This document shows positions 39,019 to 48,411 of a stretch of DNA of 64,000 nucleotides, piece by piece. Numbering within the stretch: position 1 is the stretch's first letter; each line of letters begins with the position of its first letter. Source of the stretch: Flavobacteriaceae bacterium (GTDB taxonomy: Bacteria; Bacteroidota; Bacteroidia; Flavobacteriales; Flavobacteriaceae); assembly GCA_029249225.1 (NCBI GenBank), contig JAQWHT010000114.1, positions 32,103 through 96,102 on the forward strand, given 5' to 3'. Position numbers and translations under genes: made by a program. Below the pieces are notes generated by a model. That model was not told where the DNA came from. It was given only the letters and a program-made list of their open reading frames with translations, and did no database searches.

Positions 39019-39470
39019 TTACTGATCCGAAGCATACCATTCTGCATAGCAAGTTTCTGTTTCTCTGAGAATTATATGATGTAGCTTTAAATGAGGAGGC
39101 AGAGCAGCGCGGATTTTTCAGCAAAATCGATCACCATCATCTCACTTGTAGGTTGGTAGTTTACCCGAATGATTTTATGACCACCGTGTTCCATACTGTC
39201 AGCTAATTCTTTATGTGGAGAATTGACATTCAATACAGTTGCATGATCAAATGGCTTGACAATTAGCTTATTGACAATCGTTTTAAGATCACTAAAGTCC
39301 ATTACCATACCAAACTTGACATTTGATGAATCCTCTATTGGTTTGCCTAAGAGGGTAACAGACAACTTATAGCTGTGGCCATGAACATTTTTACATAAGC
39401 CGTCGTATCCAAACAGAGCATGCCCTGTTTCAAACTTAAACTCTTTAGTAACTCGAATTGTATTATCCAT
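39019..39470 (-). pseudogene. queD: 6-carboxytetrahydropterin synthase QueD with a 1-nt frameshift in an A5 run
   Basis: The N-terminal 118 aa are QueD/PTPS-like (CKNVHGHSY). After GAAAAA (plus-strand T5 at 39114-39118) the annotated frame stops at 39087. The other frame stays open for 33 codons to TAA 39019-39021 and reads IRAALPPHLKLHHIILRETETCYAEWYASDQ, like the conserved C-terminal strand of the family. Confidence 0.75.
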
Positions 39471-39475
39471 CTGTA

Positions 39476-40222
39476 TTACAGTTTTTTAAGAATATTTTGT
39501 GTGGCCTTTTGTAAAGCTAAATTAGCTGTGATCTCAGCATTTCTTTCGAGTAAGGTATTCCAATGATCTGTATCTTTCCAGTGAAGTTTTCTAAGGTTTT
39601 CATTTGCTATTGGGGAATAGCTTCCCAATCGGGTTGCTGTATTAACTACGTTTTTGTCTAGCGCTTCTTTTGAGTGACACACTGTTGTGTAAAGACCTTT
39701 TTGTTGAGCCCATTTTGCAGATTTCCATTGGTGCGCATCCAGAGAGAGTTGACGAAAAGCTGTTGTCCCAATTTTTCTTGAAACGGCAGGTTCTATAACA
39801 TACGGTCCAATTCCAATTGACAATTCGGAAAGCTTTATTTCAGCAGTATCTAAGGCGATTGCATAATCACAAGCAGCAACAAGGCCTACTCCCCCGCCAA
39901 CTACTTTTCCCTGTACCTTTACAATGACAAATTTTTTCAGTAATCGAATGCGATTGATAAGGTTTGCAAAGCCCATAAAAAAAGCTGTTGCCTCTTCTTT
40001 GTTTTTCAGTTCCTTCATCTCTTCAAAAGAGGCTCCTGCACAAAAAGCACGATCACCACTGCTTTGGATTACGATGACTTGCACAGTCTCTTTTTTTGAA
40101 AGTTCATTTAGCTGATGGTCAAGTTGCTCTAAGAGGTAAAGAGGTAAAGAGTTGGCTGAAGGATGGCCAAATTCTAGATACCCAATCTGATTATTTTCAA
40201 AATGCCTGACGTATGCTTCCAT
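39476..40222 (-). CDS. enoyl-CoA hydratase/isomerase (crotonase) family protein
   Basis: AFCAGASFEEM and GGGVGLVAACD oxyanion-hole motifs. Confidence 0.8.
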   Translation of the reverse strand: MEAYVRHFENNQIGYLEFGHPSANSLPLYLLEQLDHQLNELSKKETVQVIVIQSSGDRAFCAGASFEEMKELKNKEEATAFFMGFANLINRIRLLKKFVIVKVQGKVVGGGVGLVAACDYAIALDTAEIKLSELSIGIGPYVIEPAVSRKIGTTAFRQLSLDAHQWKSAKWAQQKGLYTTVCHSKEALDKNVVNTATRLGSYSPIANENLRKLHWKDTDHWNTLLERNAEITANLALQKATQNILKKL

Positions 40223-40243
40223 AGGATTTGTAAAAGTAGTGAA

Positions 40244-40753
40244 CTAAAACCTTTTTATCTGTTTTTCAAAACAGTGAAAGGGGTACTCGCTTTGGTTTAC
40301 GAAATAAACATCACCTAAAATTACATAACCTCTAGCTTTATAAAATTTAATATTACGAGGGTTTTTACTAAAGGTATCTAAGCGGATGGATAGGAGCCCA
40401 TTTTTAGCAGCAAAATTTTCAGCAAAATCCATTAGCTTCCGAGCAATACCTTTTCCTTGACTTCTCGGATGAACTGCTAAACGATGAATATATAAGTTTT
40501 TTTTGTCTTCAGTGAGCCACTTTACAGTGTTATAAAGCGGATCTTTTTCCTCAGAAAACATAATGCAGCCTACAATCTTTCCATTGTCTAAGTAGGCATA
40601 TAAAGCTTCTTGTTCTATATCTTTTTTAAAAGCGGCTAAACTGGGATATTCTTCCGTCCATTGAAAGATATTTTGCTCGATGAGATCTTTAGTGCAGGCC
40701 TCGGTAATTTTTTTAATTGTATCTAGATCTGCTAAATCCGCTTTTCGGATCAT
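40244..40753 (-). CDS. GNAT family N-acetyltransferase
   Basis: RSQGKGIARKLM acetyl-CoA motif. The start is moved to ATG 40753 (MIRKADL), which lies behind a -7 box. Confidence 0.75.
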   Translation of the reverse strand: MIRKADLADLDTIKKITEACTKDLIEQNIFQWTEEYPSLAAFKKDIEQEALYAYLDNGKIVGCIMFSEEKDPLYNTVKWLTEDKKNLYIHRLAVHPRSQGKGIARKLMDFAENFAAKNGLLSIRLDTFSKNPRNIKFYKARGYVILGDVYFVNQSEYPFHCFEKQIKRF

Positions 40754-40767
40754 GTAATTTTTTTTGT

Positions 40768-40775
40768 CAAAAATA
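40768..40775 (-). promoter_or_regulatory. Bacteroidota -7 box (TATTTTTG on minus strand) for the GNAT gene
   Basis: Plus-strand CAAAAATA lies 14 nt upstream of ATG 40753. Confidence 0.4.
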
Positions 40776-40797
40776 GGTGATGTAATGTAAGAGTTAC

Positions 40798-40805
40798 TAA
40801 TTTTG
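40798..40805 (+). promoter_or_regulatory. Bacteroidota -7 box (TAATTTTG) for the universal stress protein gene
   Basis: Perfect TAnnTTTG 12 nt upstream of ATG 40818. It forms a divergent pair with the box at 40768. Confidence 0.4.
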
Positions 40806-40817
40806 TAAAAAAATTCG

Positions 40818-41612
40818 ATGCATAATATACTCGTCCCACTTGGCACTTCGAAACATGCTGAAAATACTTTGGCTTATGCCGTTGCTTTTGCAACTTACTT
40901 TAAAAGCACCATCTACGTTATTGATGCGTATCCTATACATTCTTCTAAAGTAACCTTAACGAATGTTAATGCCCGTCTGCAAGAGGATAATGTCAATCGG
41001 ATTAAAAGTTTAGTAGCTAAAATCACATCTGAGAAACATACTATTAAGATTGTGAACAGTGAACGCGATCTCATAGGAGCCATAAGGAATTTGGACAAAA
41101 AAATAGGTTTAGATATAATTGTTACTGCTCCTTTAAACAATGAAATTAACGAAGAGGTATTTCTTGGCAGAATTGCAGGGAGCGTAATTAAACGAACTCA
41201 TATTCCAGTATTAGTAGCCCCCTTAGAAAAATCATTCAGCCCACCAAAACGCTTGCTTTTGGCCTTTAAAACAGGCGAGGTCAAGGCATCTAGTACACTG
41301 GAGCCACTGATCAACCTTCAAGATCAATTTAAGTCAAAACTCAAGTTACTTTTAGTTAAGGTTCCTGGATTTGCAAACCGAAATCATCAACTGAATGACG
41401 AGCTTATGCAGCGGTCCGAGCAACTTTTATTTTCTGAAAATGCTACTGTTTATCAAGGAGTACTCGAACATTTTCAAGCGAACAAGCCTGACTTATTAGT
41501 AGCGTTTAAAAGAGAGCGTGGATTTTTTGAAAAATTATGGGAACCGGATTTGATTTATAAAAAGGATTTCTTTTGTACCGTACCCTTGCTGGTTCTTAAA
41601 AATAAGAACTAG
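40818..41612 (+). CDS. tandem universal stress protein (UspA) domain protein
   Basis: 264 aa with two Usp-like halves (ILVPLGTS... and LLLAFKTG...). Each half ends in an hhV motif. Confidence 0.6.
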   Translation: MHNILVPLGTSKHAENTLAYAVAFATYFKSTIYVIDAYPIHSSKVTLTNVNARLQEDNVNRIKSLVAKITSEKHTIKIVNSERDLIGAIRNLDKKIGLDIIVTAPLNNEINEEVFLGRIAGSVIKRTHIPVLVAPLEKSFSPPKRLLLAFKTGEVKASSTLEPLINLQDQFKSKLKLLLVKVPGFANRNHQLNDELMQRSEQLLFSENATVYQGVLEHFQANKPDLLVAFKRERGFFEKLWEPDLIYKKDFFCTVPLLVLKNKN

Positions 41613-41621
41613 AAGTCTAGT

Positions 41622-42527
41622 TTGAAAAAGCCTATATTTTTTTTCACTATATTTTTCTTTATTTCAACGATATTATTGAGCCAACAGTATTTTGGTTTAA
41701 GTGTCGATAACGATCTTTTTTTTGGTACAGATCGGTATTACAGTAGTGGGATTTTTTTGAAATATGGAAGTATAAAGGAACAGCCTAGGGATTCAATTGA
41801 TTCTCAAGCCTATGTTTCAACACACTGGACTTTTGGACAGGAGATTAACACTCCTTCTTTGAGGCTGACCTACGATATAAAAAAGTTAGATTATCCGTTC
41901 AGTGGTTGGCTTTATCTGGGGTATCAAAAAGAATATTTTAAGCATTTAGATTTTGGATACGGTTGGGGTGTTCAATTTGGAACTACAGGGGCTGATGAGA
42001 GTCTTGCTAAGTTCTTTCAGAACAATTATCATATCTACATTCTCAATCTTGAGCCTCTTAGTTGGGCTTATTCAATCCCTTCATCGTTTCACTTCAACCT
42101 TGATGCCTCCATTTTATGGGGTAAAAAGTTGAGCACTAAATTGAAATGGGTACATGCAAACAGAGTTTTTTTTGGAAGCTTTAGGAATCAATTAATATCT
42201 CGTTTTGGACTTCAATGGACTGAAATCCCAGGACTTCCTTTTTTTGGTCAGCGTTTAGAAGACCTAAGTGATGGATTAGCTTTTTTTGCAGGGGCTCAAT
42301 TAACAGCGAACTTCCATGACTATTCCTTAACAGGAAGTCTTTTCCAATCTAATTCGCTCTATGATTTTGAAGCAAGACTTTTTCGAAATTCGTTTCAAGC
42401 TGGAATGTTGTTATTTCGATCCAGTTGGAGAGGACAAGTGATGTTTAACTATACTTCACCATTGGTGGATGACCAAAGAATAAACAAGCATCTTTATTTA
42501 AATATTAGTCTAATTAGGTTATTTTAG
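41622..42527 (+). CDS. outer-membrane protein, possibly LpxR-like lipid A deacylase (DUF2219)
   Basis: TTG start and a signal peptide. The N-terminal VDNDLFFGTDRYYSSG resembles the ENDxF..TDRxYTxG start of the LpxR family, and the protein ends in an aromatic residue. Confidence 0.4.
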   Translation: MKKPIFFFTIFFFISTILLSQQYFGLSVDNDLFFGTDRYYSSGIFLKYGSIKEQPRDSIDSQAYVSTHWTFGQEINTPSLRLTYDIKKLDYPFSGWLYLGYQKEYFKHLDFGYGWGVQFGTTGADESLAKFFQNNYHIYILNLEPLSWAYSIPSSFHFNLDASILWGKKLSTKLKWVHANRVFFGSFRNQLISRFGLQWTEIPGLPFFGQRLEDLSDGLAFFAGAQLTANFHDYSLTGSLFQSNSLYDFEARLFRNSFQAGMLLFRSSWRGQVMFNYTSPLVDDQRINKHLYLNISLIRLF

Positions 42528-42543
42528 TTGAAAATAAAATTAA

Positions 42544-43041
42544 ATGAAATCGCGCCCTTTTTTCTTATTAATACTTTTCTTCTTTAATTCATGTCTAGTC
42601 ATAAAAATTTACGAGAGTCCAGAACCCAAAACAAAAGACCCTGAGAAACCCCAGCAGGTAAGAAGAGATCTGATTGGTTCAGGAAAAATAATTGAATTGG
42701 GTCAGGGAGGTAGTCAAGAAATTCTGTTTTTTGGCCAAGAGAATATTCCTAAGGGATATCTTTTTGAAGAGGATGCCACTGTAAAAGAGGGGCAACAGGT
42801 TGATACCAGTATGATTTGGATTAATTCTGATAAAAAAGAAAAGATCAAAATTATCACCACTGATCAGGCAAAACCTCTTTTGGTTGTGGATGGTGAAGTC
42901 TGGACAGATTTAAGTATGATAGAATCTATAGTACCCGATGCTATAGAAACCATGAACGTATTAAAAGGGGACGCTGCCTTTAAAAAATATGGCAAAAAGG
43001 GGTTGAATGGTGTGATCGAAATAACTATTAAAAAGAATTAA
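42544..43041 (+). CDS. lipoprotein of unknown function
   Basis: Lipobox FFNSC. The C-terminal IETMNVLKGDAAFKKYGKKGLNGVIEI resembles a TonB-receptor plug-entry motif. Confidence 0.4.
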   Translation: MKSRPFFLLILFFFNSCLVIKIYESPEPKTKDPEKPQQVRRDLIGSGKIIELGQGGSQEILFFGQENIPKGYLFEEDATVKEGQQVDTSMIWINSDKKEKIKIITTDQAKPLLVVDGEVWTDLSMIESIVPDAIETMNVLKGDAAFKKYGKKGLNGVIEITIKKN

Positions 43042-43044
43042 AGT

Positions 43045-43704
43045 TTAATGGTTTAGGGTGCTTTTCCATAAACGGTAAACTATTCCTAATTGAAAACCTG
43101 AAGTATTATTTGTTTGGGGTTGAGTAGGAGGACTTATTCTACCCACCCACCTAAAATTTCCAAAAACAAGAAGATGCTGACCGAGATGATAAGCTACTTG
43201 AACATTTCCTCCCAGGGTATCTCTAAAAATTCCATCAGCAAAAGGGGTAAAGCTTTGAACCTTATCTTTTTCAAGTTTTTTTTCGCCATTCAAATAAGCT
43301 TGATAGACCAGCCCAAGGCCAAAGCTAACTTTAGAAGTTGGTTGAAGCCTCAATAAAAGAGGATAGCTGATGTACTTTAATTGGTCGGTTGCTGTAGAGT
43401 CTCCTTCCATATAGGAATAACTTATGGGTGTGAATTGGACGCCACTAACCAGTCCTACTGTTTTTGACAATCGGTATTCTATTTCCATAAGACCACCTAA
43501 GCTGAGGGTTGGAGAGGTTGTACCCAAGTCAGTATTTATCCTACTGAGTTGGGGGCCAAATCGAAGAGACCATTTAGAATAGTTTTGATCTAATTCAGGA
43601 CCTTTGCTGTATTGCTGAATGAGAAGTTTACCCCCTTGAGCGAAGCTAATAACCCCCCCTAAAAAGAAGGTAAACAAAAGAGTATAGCAGTTTTTTTTGC
43701 TCAT
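43045..43704 (-). CDS. small outer-membrane beta-barrel (porin family) protein
   Basis: Signal peptide, alternating hydrophobic beta-strand pattern and an aromatic-rich C-terminus. Confidence 0.55.
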   Translation of the reverse strand: MSKKNCYTLLFTFFLGGVISFAQGGKLLIQQYSKGPELDQNYSKWSLRFGPQLSRINTDLGTTSPTLSLGGLMEIEYRLSKTVGLVSGVQFTPISYSYMEGDSTATDQLKYISYPLLLRLQPTSKVSFGLGLVYQAYLNGEKKLEKDKVQSFTPFADGIFRDTLGGNVQVAYHLGQHLLVFGNFRWVGRISPPTQPQTNNTSGFQLGIVYRLWKSTLNH

Positions 43705-43867
43705 GATCCAAGCATTTTTCTAAACTATTAAAGAGATAAAATGGAATTTATTGTCTTTGTTGTTTACTAATTTTCAAATAGCCTATGCTTGCTGTAAAGT
43801 CTTCATAGCTGAAGTGTTTGTTTGTTGATTAACAAAATACTTATCTTGTGTAAACAATCTTGAATAA

Positions 43868-44707
43868 ATGAAAGGAAAATTAATCTTAGGGATTCTATTA
43901 TTTTATAGTCTTTTCATAAGCACCACTATAAATCAAGTTCAGGCTCAAACAACCCGATTTAATAGGTCAACAGATTTTCTATTGGTTCATTTTGACTGTA
44001 AGACGGATGTAGATGATCTCCAGTCAATGGCAGCGCTTGCCACCCTACTAGCCAACCCGAACTATTCAAATATAAATTACCATGCAGTTACAGGTACTTA
44101 TGGGGTTCAGGAAGGCTTGTACGTACCCCCAAACGCACTGCTAGAACTCGCTTTTAAGGGTCATTGGACTGATGCGCACAAAAACGTTCCTCTTGCAGTA
44201 AATGAAGTATTGGCTCAGGTAAAACCAGTTTTGGAGAATCATGGAGCTATTTGGATTGCAGATGCAGGGCAATCTGATTTTACAGCGAAACTTATTAAAA
44301 CAATTAGGGCTAATTTTCCAAAGGTGATAACTGAGGACCGCATTCATGTGGTACAACACAGCGATTGGAACGAATCCGTTACTTACACAGAAGCGCTTCG
44401 ATATGTTAAAAAGCACTCGGACTACAATAAAATAGCTGATGGGAATGGTTTGAATAATGGGACTCCTGGATTTAAGGATTCAACTTTTACACATTGGAAT
44501 ACTGTAGTAACTGACCCTAAATTAGTTGATATATGGGAGTTGTCCATAAAGATATGCAACCGATACAACGGTAAGCAGGAACGGTATTTAAATGAAGCCA
44601 TAGCTGCTGGGGGTCTAGATTTTTCTGATTTATCCGAAGTTTGTTGGATTTTAGGAATAGAGGACATCAAAGAAATTTCAGATTTCTTCAGCAGGGTTTT
44701 AAATTAG
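43868..44707 (+). CDS. secreted protein of unknown function
   Basis: Signal peptide. The N-terminal HFDCKTDVDDLQS loosely recalls nucleoside-hydrolase-like Asp clusters, but no confident family was recognised. Confidence 0.3.
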   Translation: MKGKLILGILLFYSLFISTTINQVQAQTTRFNRSTDFLLVHFDCKTDVDDLQSMAALATLLANPNYSNINYHAVTGTYGVQEGLYVPPNALLELAFKGHWTDAHKNVPLAVNEVLAQVKPVLENHGAIWIADAGQSDFTAKLIKTIRANFPKVITEDRIHVVQHSDWNESVTYTEALRYVKKHSDYNKIADGNGLNNGTPGFKDSTFTHWNTVVTDPKLVDIWELSIKICNRYNGKQERYLNEAIAAGGLDFSDLSEVCWILGIEDIKEISDFFSRVLN

Positions 44708-44761
44708 TCCATATCACCGGAAGATATATAGTGGGTGTTTTGTGATGTCTTATCAAAAAGG

Positions 44762-46834
44762 TTAATATTCTAAAACAATAGCAGTATGCATTGTAAAAGG
44801 GGGAACCTTAATCTTTATTACACCGTTTTTTATTTCAAAATCGAGTGATGATCCATCTGGAATCTGATAAATATTTCTGATAGGTCGATCCAGCTGAAGC
44901 TCTAAGCCTACATTTCTAAGTTCAATAAAATCTTCGATTACCTCAACATTATCCGCTCGCAATAAAGGAGGTGAATATAGCAGATGAACAACAAAACGTT
45001 TCTTGTTTTGTTGATGTAGTAAGCTTACTTTTCCTGCACTTGGCAAGTGGTTAACTTTTAGTAGCGGTTTGTACTCCAATTGTGTTATTGCATTTTCAAA
45101 GAGTTGTCGATGAATTCTCATCCCGTGGTTAAAGTATAATTGATCAATTGGGTGAGCAAAAAACAAGGTGTTTTGTTGTTGAACAACTGCTGGGTAGATC
45201 GAGTTGGAAGTCCTGTAAGGCGTTTCTCTATGACTTGAGTAGGATTTGTAGGTGCGATTAAAATAAGGCTCTCTGATCATGGCTAAAGGCATCCCTGTGG
45301 TCAACTTGGTTCGGATTCCTGAAGTGTAATTTACATAGGGTGTACGAACAATTTCTTTACCCACTTCAGCATTTACTATGGTAAAATCGAAATCAAAAGG
45401 AGAGTTACTTACAAATTGAGTTCCAAGATCTATCCCAAATTTATCACTGTCTACTAGCATCCCTCCTTTTTCAAATACAATTAATTTTCCTCCTTCCAAA
45501 ACCCATTTTTGAAGGCGCTTGGCATCCTTTGAATCTAATATTTTTTGACTCGGCAATACTATTAAATCTAACTCATCCAAATTATTAGAGTTTGCGACAA
45601 TAAAATCACGATGAAGCTGGAGGAGCATTTTTACAATACCGTAATCAGATTCTGGAATAAGGCTTAGCCACACACCAAGATTAGATATTGGTTTTCCTCC
45701 GGGACCGTAGTCCTCGATCTTTTCAACATAAGCATAAGCTTCTCCTATATTACGGTAAGTTTCAATATCCATTTTGCCTTCAGGGTGTAATTGGTCTCCA
45801 AAATTACAAGAGGCCCCGAAAGAAATCATTGTAGCAGCCTCAAATTTAATTGCATCAGCATGTTTAAAGCCTCCAAATTCTCCCCATGCTTTATGAAACT
45901 TTCCACTCATTGCAACTACTGGAGTATTCTTTCCCAAATGAAATTTAGCTTCTAAAGGTAATTTATCGTAGCCACCCCAAGTTGTTGGTAAGTCCTCCAA
46001 TTCTGCATGTGTATTCATTTCATAAAGAGATTCTTCAAAAATTGATTTTTTAGTTAAATGTGTAGCCTGATTAAAAAACACTGTAGCCTCAGGATGATAG
46101 GAATGAACAAGTCCTCTCAATTCACTCATGTGTTTTTTAAGTGCTAAAGCATAATTTTTTTCAACTGCAGCGGTGTCTGATAAATCAATCCCCTGGTCTT
46201 GCATACGTTTTTTGGAGTAGGATGTATAACTAGCGTGTTTGATGTGATAAATATCAAACCAAAAGCCATCTAAATCGTCATACCTTTTACAAATCTCTTC
46301 AACATTTTTTAAAAGAAAATCATGATAAGGTCCTCCTGGTGTTGGGTCTAGGCTTTCCCAGCTGTAGTGTGGGCGTTTATCCTCAGGTTTCGCACCATAA
46401 TCAATATTGATAGAAAGAGGGCTTCCCTCTACATCTTTCATGACCCACTCTGGGTGTTGTTCTGCATCTAATACACTCCATCCCACAGCAAAATAAAAAG
46501 GAGCTTTTACACCTATTTCATGACAAGCCTCAAGCTGAGCACCCAATAAGTCAAAGTCTAGGTTGGGATGCATAGTCCCAACTTTAGTGGGATAATAACT
46601 ATAGCCATGATGTCCTTTACTAAAGAGATTGATCTGATTAATTTTACCTTGAATTAGGGCTGATTGAAATTGCTTTTTGTCAAATTGAGAGCCAATATTT
46701 TGAATTTGTTCTGAGGTGTGGAAATCAAGATGTACTTGTCTTGTTGGAAGGATTTCTTCCACAGATCTTTGGTGTTGACCCATTGAAAGAGCTAGGGAAA
46801 AAAAGCAGCACGAAAAGTAAGAAAAGAGTCTCAT
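44762..46834 (-). CDS. secreted putative glycoside hydrolase of unclassified family (TIM-barrel-like N-terminal half plus GH42-trimerisation-like middle domain)
   Basis: 690 aa with a signal peptide. Motifs VHLDFHTS, GHHGYSYYPT and DGFWFDIY. The middle segment DLIVLPSQ...LEGGKLIVFEKGG resembles a GH42M/GATase-like domain. It is the last gene of the PUL. Confidence 0.4.
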   Translation of the reverse strand: MRLFSYFSCCFFSLALSMGQHQRSVEEILPTRQVHLDFHTSEQIQNIGSQFDKKQFQSALIQGKINQINLFSKGHHGYSYYPTKVGTMHPNLDFDLLGAQLEACHEIGVKAPFYFAVGWSVLDAEQHPEWVMKDVEGSPLSINIDYGAKPEDKRPHYSWESLDPTPGGPYHDFLLKNVEEICKRYDDLDGFWFDIYHIKHASYTSYSKKRMQDQGIDLSDTAAVEKNYALALKKHMSELRGLVHSYHPEATVFFNQATHLTKKSIFEESLYEMNTHAELEDLPTTWGGYDKLPLEAKFHLGKNTPVVAMSGKFHKAWGEFGGFKHADAIKFEAATMISFGASCNFGDQLHPEGKMDIETYRNIGEAYAYVEKIEDYGPGGKPISNLGVWLSLIPESDYGIVKMLLQLHRDFIVANSNNLDELDLIVLPSQKILDSKDAKRLQKWVLEGGKLIVFEKGGMLVDSDKFGIDLGTQFVSNSPFDFDFTIVNAEVGKEIVRTPYVNYTSGIRTKLTTGMPLAMIREPYFNRTYKSYSSHRETPYRTSNSIYPAVVQQQNTLFFAHPIDQLYFNHGMRIHRQLFENAITQLEYKPLLKVNHLPSAGKVSLLHQQNKKRFVVHLLYSPPLLRADNVEVIEDFIELRNVGLELQLDRPIRNIYQIPDGSSLDFEIKNGVIKIKVPPFTMHTAIVLEY

Positions 46835-48381
46835 TTTTTTAGATGTTTAGTACTATCGTAAAATCCTCTTAATTTCCGATCCTTGATGGCAAGTGCTCTC
46901 AGACTTTCAATAGTTGAAGGGCTCACCTTGTTAATCCAGGATGGAATGGCTTTAACTCCCCAATCCTCAGAGGATAATATTACCGGATCATTATATGTGG
47001 TTAATTGTTTTTGCAATTCAATTTGAAGTGCACTTTTTTTAGATTTATATGCGTCGAGTTTGTAGAGATTTTTCGTTTCCCAAGGATCGGACTTAAGATG
47101 AAATAGCTGTCCAGTTTTTTGTCCATTCACAAGGTATTCTATTAATTTAAATTCACCTTTCCTTATAGCTCGTTGACTATTTTTATAAGCAAAAATCAAA
47201 CTAGATCGTTCTTTTCCTTTTTTGTTTTTAAAAGAATTAATCAAGCTAATTCCATCTAAATCCTCAGGTTTTGAAGTCCCAGTCAAATCGCAAAGTGTTG
47301 GAAATAAATCTGTTGTATAAACAAGTTGAGGATCGGACATCCCTTGTGGAATTCCAGGGCCCTGAAAAATTAAGGGGATCTTGATACTGTGTTCATACAG
47401 ATTTTGTTTACCCATTAGTCCATGTTGTCCGACTGCGAGTCCGTTATCAGAGGTAAATACAATGATCGTATTTTCCCGAAGCCCTTTTTCTTCCAAAGCA
47501 GATATAATTTTTCCAATCTGAAGATCCATATGGGTTATCATAGCATAATAGGCTACAATATTGGCTTTAATTTCCTCCTGAGTTCTAGGATAACCAGCTA
47601 ACCATTCATCTCGAATATCAAGTTCTCCGTTATCAAAGGGATGTATTGGTGCGAAATTTGGAGGTAAATCGATTTTATCAGTATCGTACTGTTCTATAAA
47701 TTCTTGGGGCATATTTCTTGGGTCGTGAGGAGCTGTAAATGAAACTTGGAGAAAAAATGGAGCGGACTTCTTATATCCGCGGATAAACTTTTCAGCTGCA
47801 GAAGAAAATAGGACAGAGGAGTGCATGGAGTCAATTTCTATATCCGAGAGTTGATGCGTTTTGGTAAGTTCTCGTGTTGGGACTTGGTAGTGGTCACTCA
47901 TTCCCCCAAAGAAGATTTTTGATCCTTGATCAAACCCTTTAAGAAAAGCTTTTTCACCATTATGCCATTTACCGGTATAAAAAGTCGAATACCCATTGAT
48001 AGATAGCGCCTCTGCAAGAAGAGTGTCGGGCATATCTAGATGATCCCCCGCATAAGGGTTGATATCAAAGAGAGATCGTCCAGTAATAAGCATTGCCCTA
48101 CTAGGAGCGCAAACAGCTCCATTCATAGCACCCATGATATAAGCGTTTTGGAATACAGTTCCATTTGAAATAAGTGCATCTAAGTTTGGAGTAATTATTT
48201 GTTCATTACCCAAAGCTCGAATCACGTCATAACGTTGATCGTCAGCTAAAATAAATAGAATATTTGGAGATTCTTTTAGTGTATTCTCAGATTGAGAATT
48301 GCTACAGCCAACCAAAACTAGTAATGAAATAAGAAGAAGCTTCTTAAAAGATTTTAAATGTGGCGTTGTTAGTTTTTTCAA
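46831..48381 (-). CDS. S1 family sulfatase (Cys-type formylglycine), lipoprotein
   Basis: Lipobox LVGCSN, ILADDQR, and CAPSRAMLITGR (C-x-P-x-R). Confidence 0.85.
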   Translation of the reverse strand: MKKLTTPHLKSFKKLLLISLLVLVGCSNSQSENTLKESPNILFILADDQRYDVIRALGNEQIITPNLDALISNGTVFQNAYIMGAMNGAVCAPSRAMLITGRSLFDINPYAGDHLDMPDTLLAEALSINGYSTFYTGKWHNGEKAFLKGFDQGSKIFFGGMSDHYQVPTRELTKTHQLSDIEIDSMHSSVLFSSAAEKFIRGYKKSAPFFLQVSFTAPHDPRNMPQEFIEQYDTDKIDLPPNFAPIHPFDNGELDIRDEWLAGYPRTQEEIKANIVAYYAMITHMDLQIGKIISALEEKGLRENTIIVFTSDNGLAVGQHGLMGKQNLYEHSIKIPLIFQGPGIPQGMSDPQLVYTTDLFPTLCDLTGTSKPEDLDGISLINSFKNKKGKERSSLIFAYKNSQRAIRKGEFKLIEYLVNGQKTGQLFHLKSDPWETKNLYKLDAYKSKKSALQIELQKQLTTYNDPVILSSEDWGVKAIPSWINKVSPSTIESLRALAIKDRKLRGFYDSTKHLKK

Positions 48382-48411
48382 GGATTACAATTTAATAGAG
48401 ACGCATTTTAT

